In this document: positions 19,189 to 28,181 of the stretch, piece after piece
How positions within the stretch are numbered: the stretch's first letter is position 1
Layout: each line of letters opens with the position of its first letter
Assembly: GCA_963665235.2 (NCBI GenBank)
Contig: CAXXLX010000001.1
Coordinates: 2,112,001 to 2,176,000 of the forward strand
Direction of reading: 5' to 3'
Source of the DNA: Candidatus Poribacteria bacterium
GTDB lineage: Bacteria > Poribacteria > WGA-4E > WGA-3G
Length of the DNA: 64,000 nt
Translations under genes and position numbers: made by a program
The notes under the pieces: generated by a model
Database searches by the model: none
Told to the model about the DNA's origin: nothing
The model's input: only the letters and a program-made list of their open reading frames with translations

Positions 19189-20277
19189 CTAATAAACACC
19201 GACTACAACACTTTCTTGGAGTTCCGTGAGCAGCCGTAGGTTTTCAACGCCATCCCACGGATATTCCGGTATCGGTTCAGCGCGTTCTGCCTCGTCGCGC
19301 TCTAGAAAACGGGGAACGAAAAACTCTTTTGTTAGTGTCGTCAGCATGACGCGGCCGGTATCACCGTAATCGACAGGCTCCTCCGGGTTTTGCGGGTTAA
19401 CAAGTTCGATGACAGCACGCGGTTGCGGCGGATAATAGACAATCGTGTAGTTATCAGTGGGGTCGAAAGGTTTACATGTGGCTAATCCCATAAGTGTATT
19501 GCCATAAGTCGGCACAAAATCTATACCCGGCACCAGCTCTTCACGTGCAAAGCGGTGGAATTGTGCGTCCATCTCTGTACCGCCACAGAAGATGCCTTTG
19601 ACCCCAACCTTTTCCAATGAAATCTTTTCACACAATGCCTCAAGCAGTTTCGGAGTAGTGAAGAGACACCGAACGTTTTCATGTGCCTTCAGAACGTTTA
19701 GAGCTTGCGAAATGACGTGGCTCTTGTATGCGTCCAATTCCTGATGTTTGCCGTATCGCACAAGTTGGTTCACCCAGCGCGGGTCCAAATCGACGAGGAA
19801 ACAGATACCGCCGCGATGTTGGGCGAGATGCTCAACCGCAAGCCGTAAGCGACGTGGGCCGGTAGGACCTAGCATCAACCAATCACTACCGGGCGGAAAA
19901 CCTTCATCGGAAAGCGTGCTGCTGAATAACTCGTAATCAATTTGGAAGTCCTGGATGCTAATTCGTGATTTTGGAATGCCTGTTGAGCCGCCGGTTTCAA
20001 AGACATAAATCGGTTTGTCTGCATAAGCCTTTGGTACCCATCGGCGCACCGGCCCGCCACGGAGCCATTCGTCTTGGAAATGCCCGAGGCATTTGAGGTC
20101 GGCATACCCGCCAATCTCTTTACGCGGGTCAAAATCCAAGCTTTCTGCAAATTCCAGCCAGAAGGGACAGCCGGTCTCCGGGCTGAAATGCCAATTGACA
20201 ATGTCCCGTACGTGTGCATCGAGAGCAGTTCGAGCATCTGCGGTTTTTTGAGAGAGGTTTCGATTAGAGATATGCAT
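19189..20277 (-). CDS. AMP-binding adenylating protein (GriC/EhpF/EsmD-like, PaaK/LuxE superfamily)
   Basis: WHFSPETGCPFW, FETGGSTGIPKSR (ANL P-loop), DLDPRWV, YGNTLMG, ERDEA. Confidence 0.8.
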   Translation of the reverse strand: MHISNRNLSQKTADARTALDAHVRDIVNWHFSPETGCPFWLEFAESLDFDPRKEIGGYADLKCLGHFQDEWLRGGPVRRWVPKAYADKPIYVFETGGSTGIPKSRISIQDFQIDYELFSSTLSDEGFPPGSDWLMLGPTGPRRLRLAVEHLAQHRGGICFLVDLDPRWVNQLVRYGKHQELDAYKSHVISQALNVLKAHENVRCLFTTPKLLEALCEKISLEKVGVKGIFCGGTEMDAQFHRFAREELVPGIDFVPTYGNTLMGLATCKPFDPTDNYTIVYYPPQPRAVIELVNPQNPEEPVDYGDTGRVMLTTLTKEFFVPRFLERDEAERAEPIPEYPWDGVENLRLLTELQESVVVGVY

Positions 20278-20311
20278 TTTTATCCTAGTTCGTTGGTTTC
20301 TGAAGAATCGT

Positions 20312-20917
20312 TTACGCTTCCTGTTTTGCCATGCTTGTGAGGATGCCGAGGACTTTGTCACACCGTTCAATTTGGTAGACAGTCATATCAATGTGAAGTG
20401 TTTGTCCCTCCAACTTGAGAAAACGCCAAAGCACGCCGGTCGTAGTTGCGCCATAGACGATAGGGATGTCATTCCCCGCTTCAGCATTAAAACGTTGTGC
20501 AGCAACCATCTCGGCTACACACTGCCCGAGTCCGACTTCAAGATTATCGTTCTTTGCCTCAACGAGAATAATAATCGGTGCCTCCAAATAAAATTGTACG
20601 GGTGAAAGACTTATCACAAAATCACAAACCCCGGTCAGTCCACTCTCCTCATCGACGTTGAAATCGATTCCTGAAAAAAGGCTAATCCTATGGTCTAATT
20701 GTTCACGGAGTTCAATGAGCACATCTGCGACAATCATTTCAGATTTTGCTTTCTCTGTCCCAATAGCTGTAGCTAACGGTATATTTCGCTCCAAAATGGT
20801 AGTGAGCACATCACTTGGCACCATGGGTTCTATACCAGAAAAAAGTCCGGCAGTATCAACCTCTTGGAGTTGAAATGCTGCCCGTGCAGCTGGTAAAGTA
20901 AAGTTGCTATATGCCAT
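20312..20917 (-). CDS. Putative PD-(D/E)XK nuclease-fold protein, tandem copy 1
   Basis: MAYSNFTL...EKAKSE...GVCDF...VEAKNDN...GLGQC.AEM..AQ.FN...TTG..WRF; 201 aa. Confidence 0.75.
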   Translation of the reverse strand: MAYSNFTLPAARAAFQLQEVDTAGLFSGIEPMVPSDVLTTILERNIPLATAIGTEKAKSEMIVADVLIELREQLDHRISLFSGIDFNVDEESGLTGVCDFVISLSPVQFYLEAPIIILVEAKNDNLEVGLGQCVAEMVAAQRFNAEAGNDIPIVYGATTTGVLWRFLKLEGQTLHIDMTVYQIERCDKVLGILTSMAKQEA

Positions 20918-20954
20918 GTGAAATAATCTCCGCTGTGGTGAGTTTACTACTAAC

Positions 20955-21560
20955 CTATGCCTTCTGTTCCACCATGCTTGCGAGGACACCGAGGACTTTG
21001 TCACACCGTTCAATTTGGTAGACATCGATGTCAATGGAAAGTGTTTGCCCCTCCAATTTGAGGAAACGCCAAAGCACGCCGGTCGTAGTTGCGCCGTAGA
21101 CGATAGGGATGTTATTTCCCTTTTCAGCATTAAAACGTTGTGCGGCCACCATCTCGGCTGCACACTGCCCAAGTCCGACTTCAAGATTATCGTTCTTTGC
21201 TTCAACTAGCATGATAACAGGTGCCTTCAAATAAAATTGCCAAGGTGAGAGACTGATCAGGAAATCACATACGCCTGTCAGTTCAGCATCGGCATCAACG
21301 TTGAAATCGATTCCTGAAAAAAGACTAATCCTATGGTCTAATTGCTCGCGGAGTTCAACAAGCACATCTGCGACAATCATTTCAGACTTTGCTTTCTCCG
21401 TCCCGATAGCCGTAGCTAAAGATATGTTTCGCTCCAAAATGGTAGTGAGCACATCACTTGGCACCATGGGTTCACAACCAGCAAAAATACCCGTAGTACC
21501 AATCTCTTCCAGATTAAACGCTTCCCGGGCTGTGTCTAAAGTAAAGTTGCTATAAGCCAT
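20955..21560 (-). CDS. Putative PD-(D/E)XK nuclease-fold protein, tandem copy 2
   Basis: 606-nt paralog with its own GGAG SD. Confidence 0.75.
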   Translation of the reverse strand: MAYSNFTLDTAREAFNLEEIGTTGIFAGCEPMVPSDVLTTILERNISLATAIGTEKAKSEMIVADVLVELREQLDHRISLFSGIDFNVDADAELTGVCDFLISLSPWQFYLKAPVIMLVEAKNDNLEVGLGQCAAEMVAAQRFNAEKGNNIPIVYGATTTGVLWRFLKLEGQTLSIDIDVYQIERCDKVLGVLASMVEQKA

Positions 21561-21621
21561 GTGAAATAACCTCCGCTGTGGCAAGTTTACCTTCAACTTA
21601 AGAGCGGGCTGTTTGCCCGAA

Positions 21622-22228
21622 TTATGCCTTCTGTTCCACCATGCTTGCAAGGATGCCGAGGACCTTGTCACATTGTGCGATTTGGTAGACAGCGATGTCA
21701 ATGGAAAGTGTTTTCCCCTCCAACTTGAGAAAACGCCATTCTGTGCCTGAGGTAGTCGCGCCATAGACGATAGGGATGTCATTTCCCTTTTCGTCATTAA
21801 AACGTTGTGCGGCAACCATCTCTGCTGCACACTGTCCAAGTCCGACTTCAAGGTTGTCGTTCTTCGCTTCAACTAGCATGATAACAGGTGCCTTCAAATA
21901 AAATTGCCAAGGTGAGAGACTGATCAGGAAATCACATACGCCTGTCAGTTCAGCATCGGCATCGACGTTGAAATCGATACCTGAAAAAAGACTGATTTTA
22001 TGGTCTAATTGCTCGCGGAGTTCGACGAGCACATCTGCGACAATCATTTCTGATTTTGCTTTCTCTGTCCCGATAGCCGTAGCTAATGGTATTTTTCGCT
22101 CCAAAATGGCAGTGAAGCAGGTCACTTGGCACCAGGGGTTCACAGTCAGCAAAAATACCCGCAGTACCAATCTCTTCCAGATTAAACGCTTCCCGGGCTG
22201 TGTCTAAGGTAAAGTTGCTATAAGCCAT
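21622..22228 (-). pseudogene. Tandem copy 3 with +1 frameshift (or sequencing error)
   Basis: 607 nt versus 606 nt; extra T near 22115 (CTGCTTCACT versus GTGCTCACT in copies 1 and 2). Confidence 0.7.
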
Positions 22229-22243
22229 GTGAAATACCTCCGT

Positions 22244-22280
22244 TTACACCTTCTGTTCCACCTGCTTTTGAGGATGCCGA
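22244..22280 (-). repeat. 3'-end remnant of a fourth copy of the nuclease-like gene
   Basis: ttacaccttctgttccacctgcttttgaggatgccga resembles the copy 3 end ttatgccttctgttccaccatgcttgcaaggatgccga. Confidence 0.65.
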
Positions 22281-22298
22281 TAGGTGTTAAGCGGACCC

Positions 22299-23794
22299 CT
22301 ATTCTGAAATCGCAATTAAACTATTGCGTGTTACGATGTAAAGCACCCCATCTTTCGCTACAGGTGTCGTATAGACAGCGCTGCCCATGTTAGTTTCAAA
22401 CAGTACCTCTTTAGTCTTCCCAGTTTTTAAGATGACAACATCCCCATCTTCATCGCCGAGGTAAACCTTGCCATCTACGACGTAAGGCCCCAAATAGCAG
22501 CGAAGGTGTCATGCTTCCAATAAAGGTCTCCGGTGTTCACATCTAAGCAGTAGAGAAATCCGCTTAGGTCGGCAATATAGAGAAGTCCATCCGCAATAGC
22601 GGCAGTAGACATAGTGCGGTTAAACTGTTCATCGCCGAAGTGCCAGACTGCAGCGGTTTCAGTGACATCGCCTTTTTGGGACGCGTCAATGCACCAGAGA
22701 TGTCCAACTCCTTCACCGTGTTCCGGGTCTTGTCCGACAGCGAGATACACCCTATTTTCATAAACGACCGGGGTTGAGATGATATTATTTCGGGTGCCTC
22801 TACCCCCGAGTTCCCACACAGAATCTTTCGGGTTACAGTCAAACTTCCAGATAATCTCGCCTGTTTCAGGTTCAAAGGCGTAGACCCATCCATCCCCGCC
22901 GGGTATAATCACCTGCGGGACACCTTTGATAACCCCGTAAGCGGGATTTGACCACTGTCCGTGCAGTATATTTTCGCCAGGGGAAGCATCTTCCCAAACT
23001 AATTCTCCCGTGTGTTTATTTAGTGCGATAAAACTTGGAGCATCGGGGGAAGGAATATGGATATGTCCTTCATCAACACCGTTGCTTGTCTCCAGGAAGA
23101 GCAGGTCGCCAACAGCGAGCGGAGAACACGTGGCGAGGTTATGCGGAAAAACATCCAACTCGTCCATCATATCGTAAATCCAGATGATGTCCCCATCAAT
23201 CTGACTCGTTTCCGTTTCATCCTTAAAGGGACCATCGTTTTCGCCATCGAGGAAACCTTCGGTATCAATACAGACGACCTCACAGCGGTTGGAGATGTAG
23301 TAGAGCTTATCGCCTTCAATAAAGGGCGTTGAACAAATTCCTTGGAGGGGCCAATCGTTCACGCGGCCTGAGGTGAGTTTCGTGTGTGTGATTTGCCACA
23401 GAAATTCGCCATCGGATTCGCGAAATGCCATGAGATTTCCGCGGTCGCCTGTCAGTTTCGGATTGCGTAGTACTTCGTTGTTCGTTCCGACAAAAATTTT
23501 GCCGCCGCTGATGAGCGGTCCCGCGTAGCTTTGGGAACCGAGTTCTGCTATCCATTTGATATTTTTACCCGTTGCCAGAGCCCAATTTGCGGGAACATTT
23601 TTCTCATCGGAAACCATGTTACGGCCCAGCGACCCCCCCCATAGGGCAATCTCTGTTTCGGTCGCTGTCCCAGAAACAGCAAAACCGAGAAAAAAGCCGA
23701 GTGTCAAGACGAGGGCGATATATGAACGCCAACTGCCCCTGTCGTTTTCTGTCGAGGTGCCTCGGCACCATTTAGTGAAAGATTGAAAAAACAT
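22299..23794 (-). pseudogene. PQQ-like (BamB-type) beta-propeller protein, frameshifted near 22490
   Basis: Signal/TM region and repeated W-containing blades. AAIWG continues as PYVVDGKVYLGDEDG in another frame (expected WGSPY, about 4 nt missing). Confidence 0.75.
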
Positions 23795-23798
23795 AAAA

Positions 23799-24746
23799 TC
23801 ACCATACCTTTAGATTGTCGTAATAGATTTCAGTTGCAGAGTAGCCGTAGATGCCGGGGCTTCCTTCGCTATTCGGAAGCGGGTCTTCGGCTGTGATAGT
23901 CCATTCGTCCGGCTCAGTGTCACCGGCGCGCCACACCTTCCCTTTAATTATCGCTTTACCGTCAACGACATCCACCTTCATTTTCATGGTATACCAGACA
24001 TCGATTTCCCAAGGAAAATCAATCGTTTTTGCCATGCGTAAATCGGATGCCCACGACCGGATTTGCAAACGTTGGTGTCTGCCCTGCATATCCAGGGTGT
24101 AGCGATTTGCAATTAAGCCCATATCCGGCAGCCGGCGTTTGACTTTCGTCCCCATAAGGTCTATCTGGATCTGATAGTTTTTCATCGTCGGGGGGCCGAG
24201 ATAGACGTTAGAACGATTTAAACCGCGCTGCACAGGTGTTTTGACTAAAACCTTGTTGCCATCCTTTTCTCGGACAAAAAATTTGCCGGTTGCACTGAGC
24301 CAGTGTGTCGGAATTTTTTCAAGTTCAACGTTTTCAAAATCCTCTGTCCACGGGAGCGGTGGGATAACCCGTATCCGCGCAGTCGCCTTCATATCGCCCG
24401 ATTCTGCTGTAATAGTCCCCGCATGTGCCGGGGCACTTTTATCAGGGACGAATGTGTTGTCTTCAACCGCGCCCTTTAAACCGGTGACGTTCCATGCTAT
24501 CATTCCAATTGCATTTGTCTGTTTTCCCGCTGCATCAAACCCGACAACGTTCAATTCAACCGGTTCGCCAGATGTGACAGTTTCAGCAGGGGTGAGCAGA
24601 AGGGCAACAGCCGGCTCAGTACTCATCATAGGGGTTGCAATCTGTTTGCTGGCACACCCGATAGCGAAAAGACAGATTATCAAACCTGTATATAAATTTA
24701 TGAAAACAGAAGCTTTCTGTCCTGTTGCGAAACATATTTTCATCAC
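23799..24746 (-). CDS. Putative lipoprotein with Ig-like and LamG/ConA-like domains
   Basis: LFAIGC lipobox; PWTEDFE ... WYTMKMKV ... GKVW ... GSPGIYG ... IYYDNLKV. Confidence 0.7.
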   Translation of the reverse strand: MMKICFATGQKASVFINLYTGLIICLFAIGCASKQIATPMMSTEPAVALLLTPAETVTSGEPVELNVVGFDAAGKQTNAIGMIAWNVTGLKGAVEDNTFVPDKSAPAHAGTITAESGDMKATARIRVIPPLPWTEDFENVELEKIPTHWLSATGKFFVREKDGNKVLVKTPVQRGLNRSNVYLGPPTMKNYQIQIDLMGTKVKRRLPDMGLIANRYTLDMQGRHQRLQIRSWASDLRMAKTIDFPWEIDVWYTMKMKVDVVDGKAIIKGKVWRAGDTEPDEWTITAEDPLPNSEGSPGIYGYSATEIYYDNLKVW

Positions 24747-26077
24747 TGTTTCCTCCCAATACAGTAGAGACGTTCCTCCGTTGTGAAATAGATACGGCCG
24801 CCGGCAATTGCGGGTGAACCGTAGATTTCAACATAGTGCTCATCGTCTGCTCGAGTTATTTCTTGGACACTCAATGACTCACATGAGTCAGCACCCGGCT
24901 GAAGGATGTGGAATTTGCCGTTGACCTCAGGGACATACAATTTCCCATCAGCCCAGACAGGTGACCCTTTTCCGACGGTACCGATACTGTGTTCCCAAAA
25001 GGGTTCGCCGGTATCCGCATTCAGGCAGTGAATGTTCGCTGAGTTGTCAAGGACATAAAGCCGTCCAGCGTTGAGTGTGGGGGAAGCGTATCCAACGCCG
25101 ACAGCGTCATATCGCCACACTTCATGGGTTGCAGTGACATCGCCAGTGCCAGTCCCATCAATACAGACGACGCGGCCCATCTTCGTAGTATCTATATTCT
25201 CCTCGCTATGTGTAGCGTAGACCTTTGTCCCAGAAACAATGACAGAGGTATTTATACCGCGCTTACTCAGTTTAAACCCCCAAACCATCTCTCCGGTAGT
25301 CTGTTTCATTGCATATATTCCGCCATCAGCATTCCCACCGATAATGAGGGAGTGTCCATTAATTTCAGTGACAACCGGGGTAGAGTAGGTAGTGTCAAGC
25401 GGTCTACCGCCTGGGGTTGAGACCCAAATCAGGTCGCCATTGTGTTTATCAAAAGCGAAATAACGGTGCCGCGGGATAGATTGCGCGCCCCAACCTGAAT
25501 TCAGAAAACTCACAACGACAAGGTTACCCGCAATAATCGGGGTGTGAACGCGACCGCCGTATCCTGAAATACGTCCATATTCCTCTGTAAGTGAGCGTGA
25601 CCATACTATATCCCCGTCCTTATTGAAGCAGATGAAGAGCCCTTGAATCCCGTGTATGTAAATATTACCTGTCTCCGTATCCCCCACCGGGTTTGTCCAT
25701 CCCACTCGGTTGAAGGTGATTGTGGTGTGAAAAACGTTAATCTGATGGTTCCACAACAGGTCACCGGTTTTCGCATCAAAACAGGCGATACGTTCCTGTT
25801 CGGTAATATCCTTGCCGACCCGCCCGATGACATAGACCCTACCGTTCAGAACAATTGGTGTAGAACGTCCCATAAATTCTGCATCCCAGAGCAGGTTTTC
25901 GCCTTCAACAGACCAGCTAGAAAGAAGTCCTGTCTCTGCTGATGTGCCATCCTGATTAGGGCCTCGCCAACTCGGCCAATCGCTTGCAATGATGTCGCTT
26001 GCGCTGACGTACATCGACGTAGCACCTAAGAGTAAAAAAATGAAAAGCCGATAAAAAATCGGTTTAAGATAATACAA
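24743..26077 (-). CDS. PQQ-like (BamB-type) beta-propeller protein
   Basis: Signal peptide; DWPSWRGPNQDG; repeated TG..LW blades; GSPAIAGGRIYF. Confidence 0.85.
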   Translation of the reverse strand: MYYLKPIFYRLFIFLLLGATSMYVSASDIIASDWPSWRGPNQDGTSAETGLLSSWSVEGENLLWDAEFMGRSTPIVLNGRVYVIGRVGKDITEQERIACFDAKTGDLLWNHQINVFHTTITFNRVGWTNPVGDTETGNIYIHGIQGLFICFNKDGDIVWSRSLTEEYGRISGYGGRVHTPIIAGNLVVVSFLNSGWGAQSIPRHRYFAFDKHNGDLIWVSTPGGRPLDTTYSTPVVTEINGHSLIIGGNADGGIYAMKQTTGEMVWGFKLSKRGINTSVIVSGTKVYATHSEENIDTTKMGRVVCIDGTGTGDVTATHEVWRYDAVGVGYASPTLNAGRLYVLDNSANIHCLNADTGEPFWEHSIGTVGKGSPVWADGKLYVPEVNGKFHILQPGADSCESLSVQEITRADDEHYVEIYGSPAIAGGRIYFTTEERLYCIGRKQ

Positions 26078-26123
26078 ATTACTGCCTCCTATCCGTTTTT
26101 ATGTGTGTGTAGTTTTAAAACGT

Positions 26124-26152
26124 ATTTTAACATGTTTACCCAGAAATTGCAA
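26124..26152 (-). promoter_or_regulatory. sigma70 promoter for the propeller gene run
   Basis: TTGCAA-17bp-TAAAAT with extended TG on the minus strand. Confidence 0.65.
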
Positions 26153-26167
26153 ACTAAAAATCTTTAC

Positions 26168-26494
26168 GGGTGTGTAAAGTTTTTGGAGGTCCAAAGGATA
26201 GATAGAGGTTTGGAGGCGTGGAAATCCAGAATGACGTATCCGTTTTTCGGGGGTATGCCACCGTTATAGACCCCACCTAAGTTCTGACCCCAAATAGGAC
26301 TGTGTCCCCTAAAAACCAGTGATACCTAGGGGCCCGGAGGCGTGGAAATCCAGAATGATGCCCCTGTTTTTCGGGTGTCTGTCCCCATTATAGGTCCCGC
26401 CTAAGTTCTGCCCCCAAATAGCACTACGTCATTTTAGAAACGGCGGAGAACTACATGGTAAATTGCCCCATAAGTACAAAATATTTACACACCC
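26168..26494. mobile_element. Putative MITE with 18-bp imperfect inverted ends and internal 124-bp-period direct repeat
   Basis: GGGTGTGTAAAGTTTTTG ... CAAAATATTTACACACCC (16/18 inverted match). Internal repeats 26212-26306 and 26336-26430. No target-site duplication seen. Confidence 0.55.
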
Positions 26495-26512
26495 CCTCCT
26501 CAAAAATTGGGT

Positions 26513-26614
26513 TTGACGTAAAATACCCAAAATGATATAATAAAAGCTGTTACCAAAACTTTACACATTCTACCTCTAAAAACAGTTGACTTTTTAGAAA
26601 GATAAAGGTATACT
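26513..26614 (+). promoter_or_regulatory. Two tandem sigma70 promoters upstream of the rpn-like gene
   Basis: TTGACG-17-TATAAT (26513-26541) and TTGACT-17-TATACT (26586-26614), the latter ending 6 nt before ATG 26621. Confidence 0.7.
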
Positions 26615-26620
26615 ATTTAT

Positions 26621-27520
26621 ATGCGACAATTTGACCCTATTGTTACACACATTATGGGCCTCTTCTCTTCAGAGTTTGCGAACCTTGTTTTCAATGAACC
26701 TGACCTTGAAGTCCTTGAGCAATTGGATACGAAGCAAGCTACCATTAAGGCCCATCAAAACGATTTGACTTTCAAAGTTCGGCGTGCCAATGGCGAGATG
26801 GTGATTCTCCACATAGAGGTACAAACCCGCGATAGCACTGACAGACCTATGTCGTTGCGCGTTTTAAACTATGCAAGCGCGCTTATGCTTCACTATCAGT
26901 TGCCAGTATATTCTATGGTGATTTATCTGGATCCGGCCGCGGGCCGCGGAGATACCGGCACATATCACTATGGAGATGACACGATGGGTTTGCGTTTCAA
27001 CTATAAGGTCATCCGTCTATCTGATTTAGAAGGTGAAGCATTTTTAGAGTCCCCTGCGATAGGGTTGCTCCCGTTTACGCCTTTGATGAAACGGCCTGTC
27101 GATATGACAGCCGAGTCATGGGTTGAAGCATGTGTTGCGAAGACACAAGCGGCACCTGTTGACACACAGACGCGGGGAACACTTTTATTTGCGCTATCTC
27201 TTCTCGGAAGTTTAGCGCATGACCCGGAACTTTTTCGGCGGTTTATATTGGAGGAAATTATGCAAGAGTCTCCCTTTTACGATATAGTTCTACAGGACGG
27301 TATTGAACAAGGTATTGAACAAGGTATTGAACAAGGGGAGCGCGGGGCATCCCTTAGACATATTATCGCTGTGCTGGCGACGCGTTTCCCGAATGCCGAT
27401 ATACCTCGTACTACCTCTGCGCTTGAGGCGATTGACGATATTGAACGTCTCACCGAGCTGCATACGCTTGCGGTTTCAGTACCTAATTTCACCGCTTTCT
27501 TACAAGTGCTTGATAGATAG
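26621..27520 (+). CDS. Rpn/YhgA-like recombination-promoting nuclease (PD-(D/E)XK transposase-like)
   Basis: HQNDLTF..ILHIEVQT..MSLRVLNY..LPVYSMVIYL; GIEQ repeats and helical C-terminal tail. Confidence 0.85.
   Translation: MRQFDPIVTHIMGLFSSEFANLVFNEPDLEVLEQLDTKQATIKAHQNDLTFKVRRANGEMVILHIEVQTRDSTDRPMSLRVLNYASALMLHYQLPVYSMVIYLDPAAGRGDTGTYHYGDDTMGLRFNYKVIRLSDLEGEAFLESPAIGLLPFTPLMKRPVDMTAESWVEACVAKTQAAPVDTQTRGTLLFALSLLGSLAHDPELFRRFILEEIMQESPFYDIVLQDGIEQGIEQGIEQGERGASLRHIIAVLATRFPNADIPRTTSALEAIDDIERLTELHTLAVSVPNFTAFLQVLDR
27260..27520 (+). CDS. Putative intragenic small product (RpnS-like antitoxin), 86 aa
   Basis: In-frame GGAGG-aaatt-ATG inside the rpn-like gene (SD 27250-27254). Confidence 0.55.
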   Translation: MQESPFYDIVLQDGIEQGIEQGIEQGERGASLRHIIAVLATRFPNADIPRTTSALEAIDDIERLTELHTLAVSVPNFTAFLQVLDR

Positions 27521-27712
27521 GGCTTTTTCAACCGATTTGATGAACCGCCTGTCGATATGACAGCCGAGGCATGGGTTGAGGCGTGTGTTGCGAAGACACA
27601 AGCAGCTCCTGTTGACACACAGACGCGGGGAACACTTTTATTTGCGCTATCTCTTCTCGGAAGTTTAGCGCACGACCCGGAACTTTTTCGGCGGTTTATA
27701 TTGGAGGAAATT

Positions 27713-27961
27713 ATGCAAGAGTCTCCCTTTTACGATATAGTTCTACAGGACGGTATTAAACAAGGTATTGAACAAGGGGAGCGCGGGGCATCCCTTAGAC
27801 ATATTATCGCTGTGCTGGCGACGCGTTTCCCGAATGCCGATATACCTCATGCCACCTCTGCGCTTGAGTCTGTTGACGATATTGAACGTCTCACCGAACT
27901 GCTTACCGTTGCGGTTTCAGTGCCTAATTTCAACGCTTTCTTGCAAGTGCTTGATAGATAG
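27713..27961 (+). CDS. Stand-alone duplicated Rpn C-terminal module (second RpnS-like protein, 82 aa; alternative start 27557)
   Basis: 27536-27972 duplicates 27082-27531 and keeps GGAGG+ATG; one fewer GIEQ unit. Confidence 0.6.
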   Translation: MQESPFYDIVLQDGIKQGIEQGERGASLRHIIAVLATRFPNADIPHATSALESVDDIERLTELLTVAVSVPNFNAFLQVLDR

Positions 27962-28181
27962 GGCTTTTTCAATTTGCGGCTGTCGGGGCAGCCATGCTTC
28001 TCCTATAGATGCCTATCACGACGGGCTGACATGCTTTCGGAATTTACTAAACGATATTGAACGCAGGATGCCAGATGCGCGTTCTGCCTGATTTGGCCTA
28101 TCAGGGATAAAGGGGGTCTTAAAGTCAGTGTTTATTTATTTTTCAACTTTACCATAACATCAAAAATCAACTTTTTAGTAA

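Noticed and set aside
16291-20277. Phenazine or bioluminescence (lux) cluster
   Set aside because: No phz core or luxAB/luxD genes in the window; only the reductase pair is present.
20312-22170. Long N-terminal extensions in track ORFs 19189..20370, 20312..21205, 20955..21872, 21622..22170
   Set aside because: They are alternative-frame readings of the upstream paralog or frameshift artefacts; true starts have SD motifs.
18500-22280. Integron cassette array
   Set aside because: No attC-like inverted core sites in the short spacers and no integrase.
23799-26077. Frameshifted single gene
   Set aside because: The downstream ORF has an overlapping start and its own lipoprotein signal, consistent with two genes.
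27082-27972. Diversity-generating retroelement TR/VR pair
   Set aside because: Differences are not adenine-specific in either direction and no reverse transcriptase is present.
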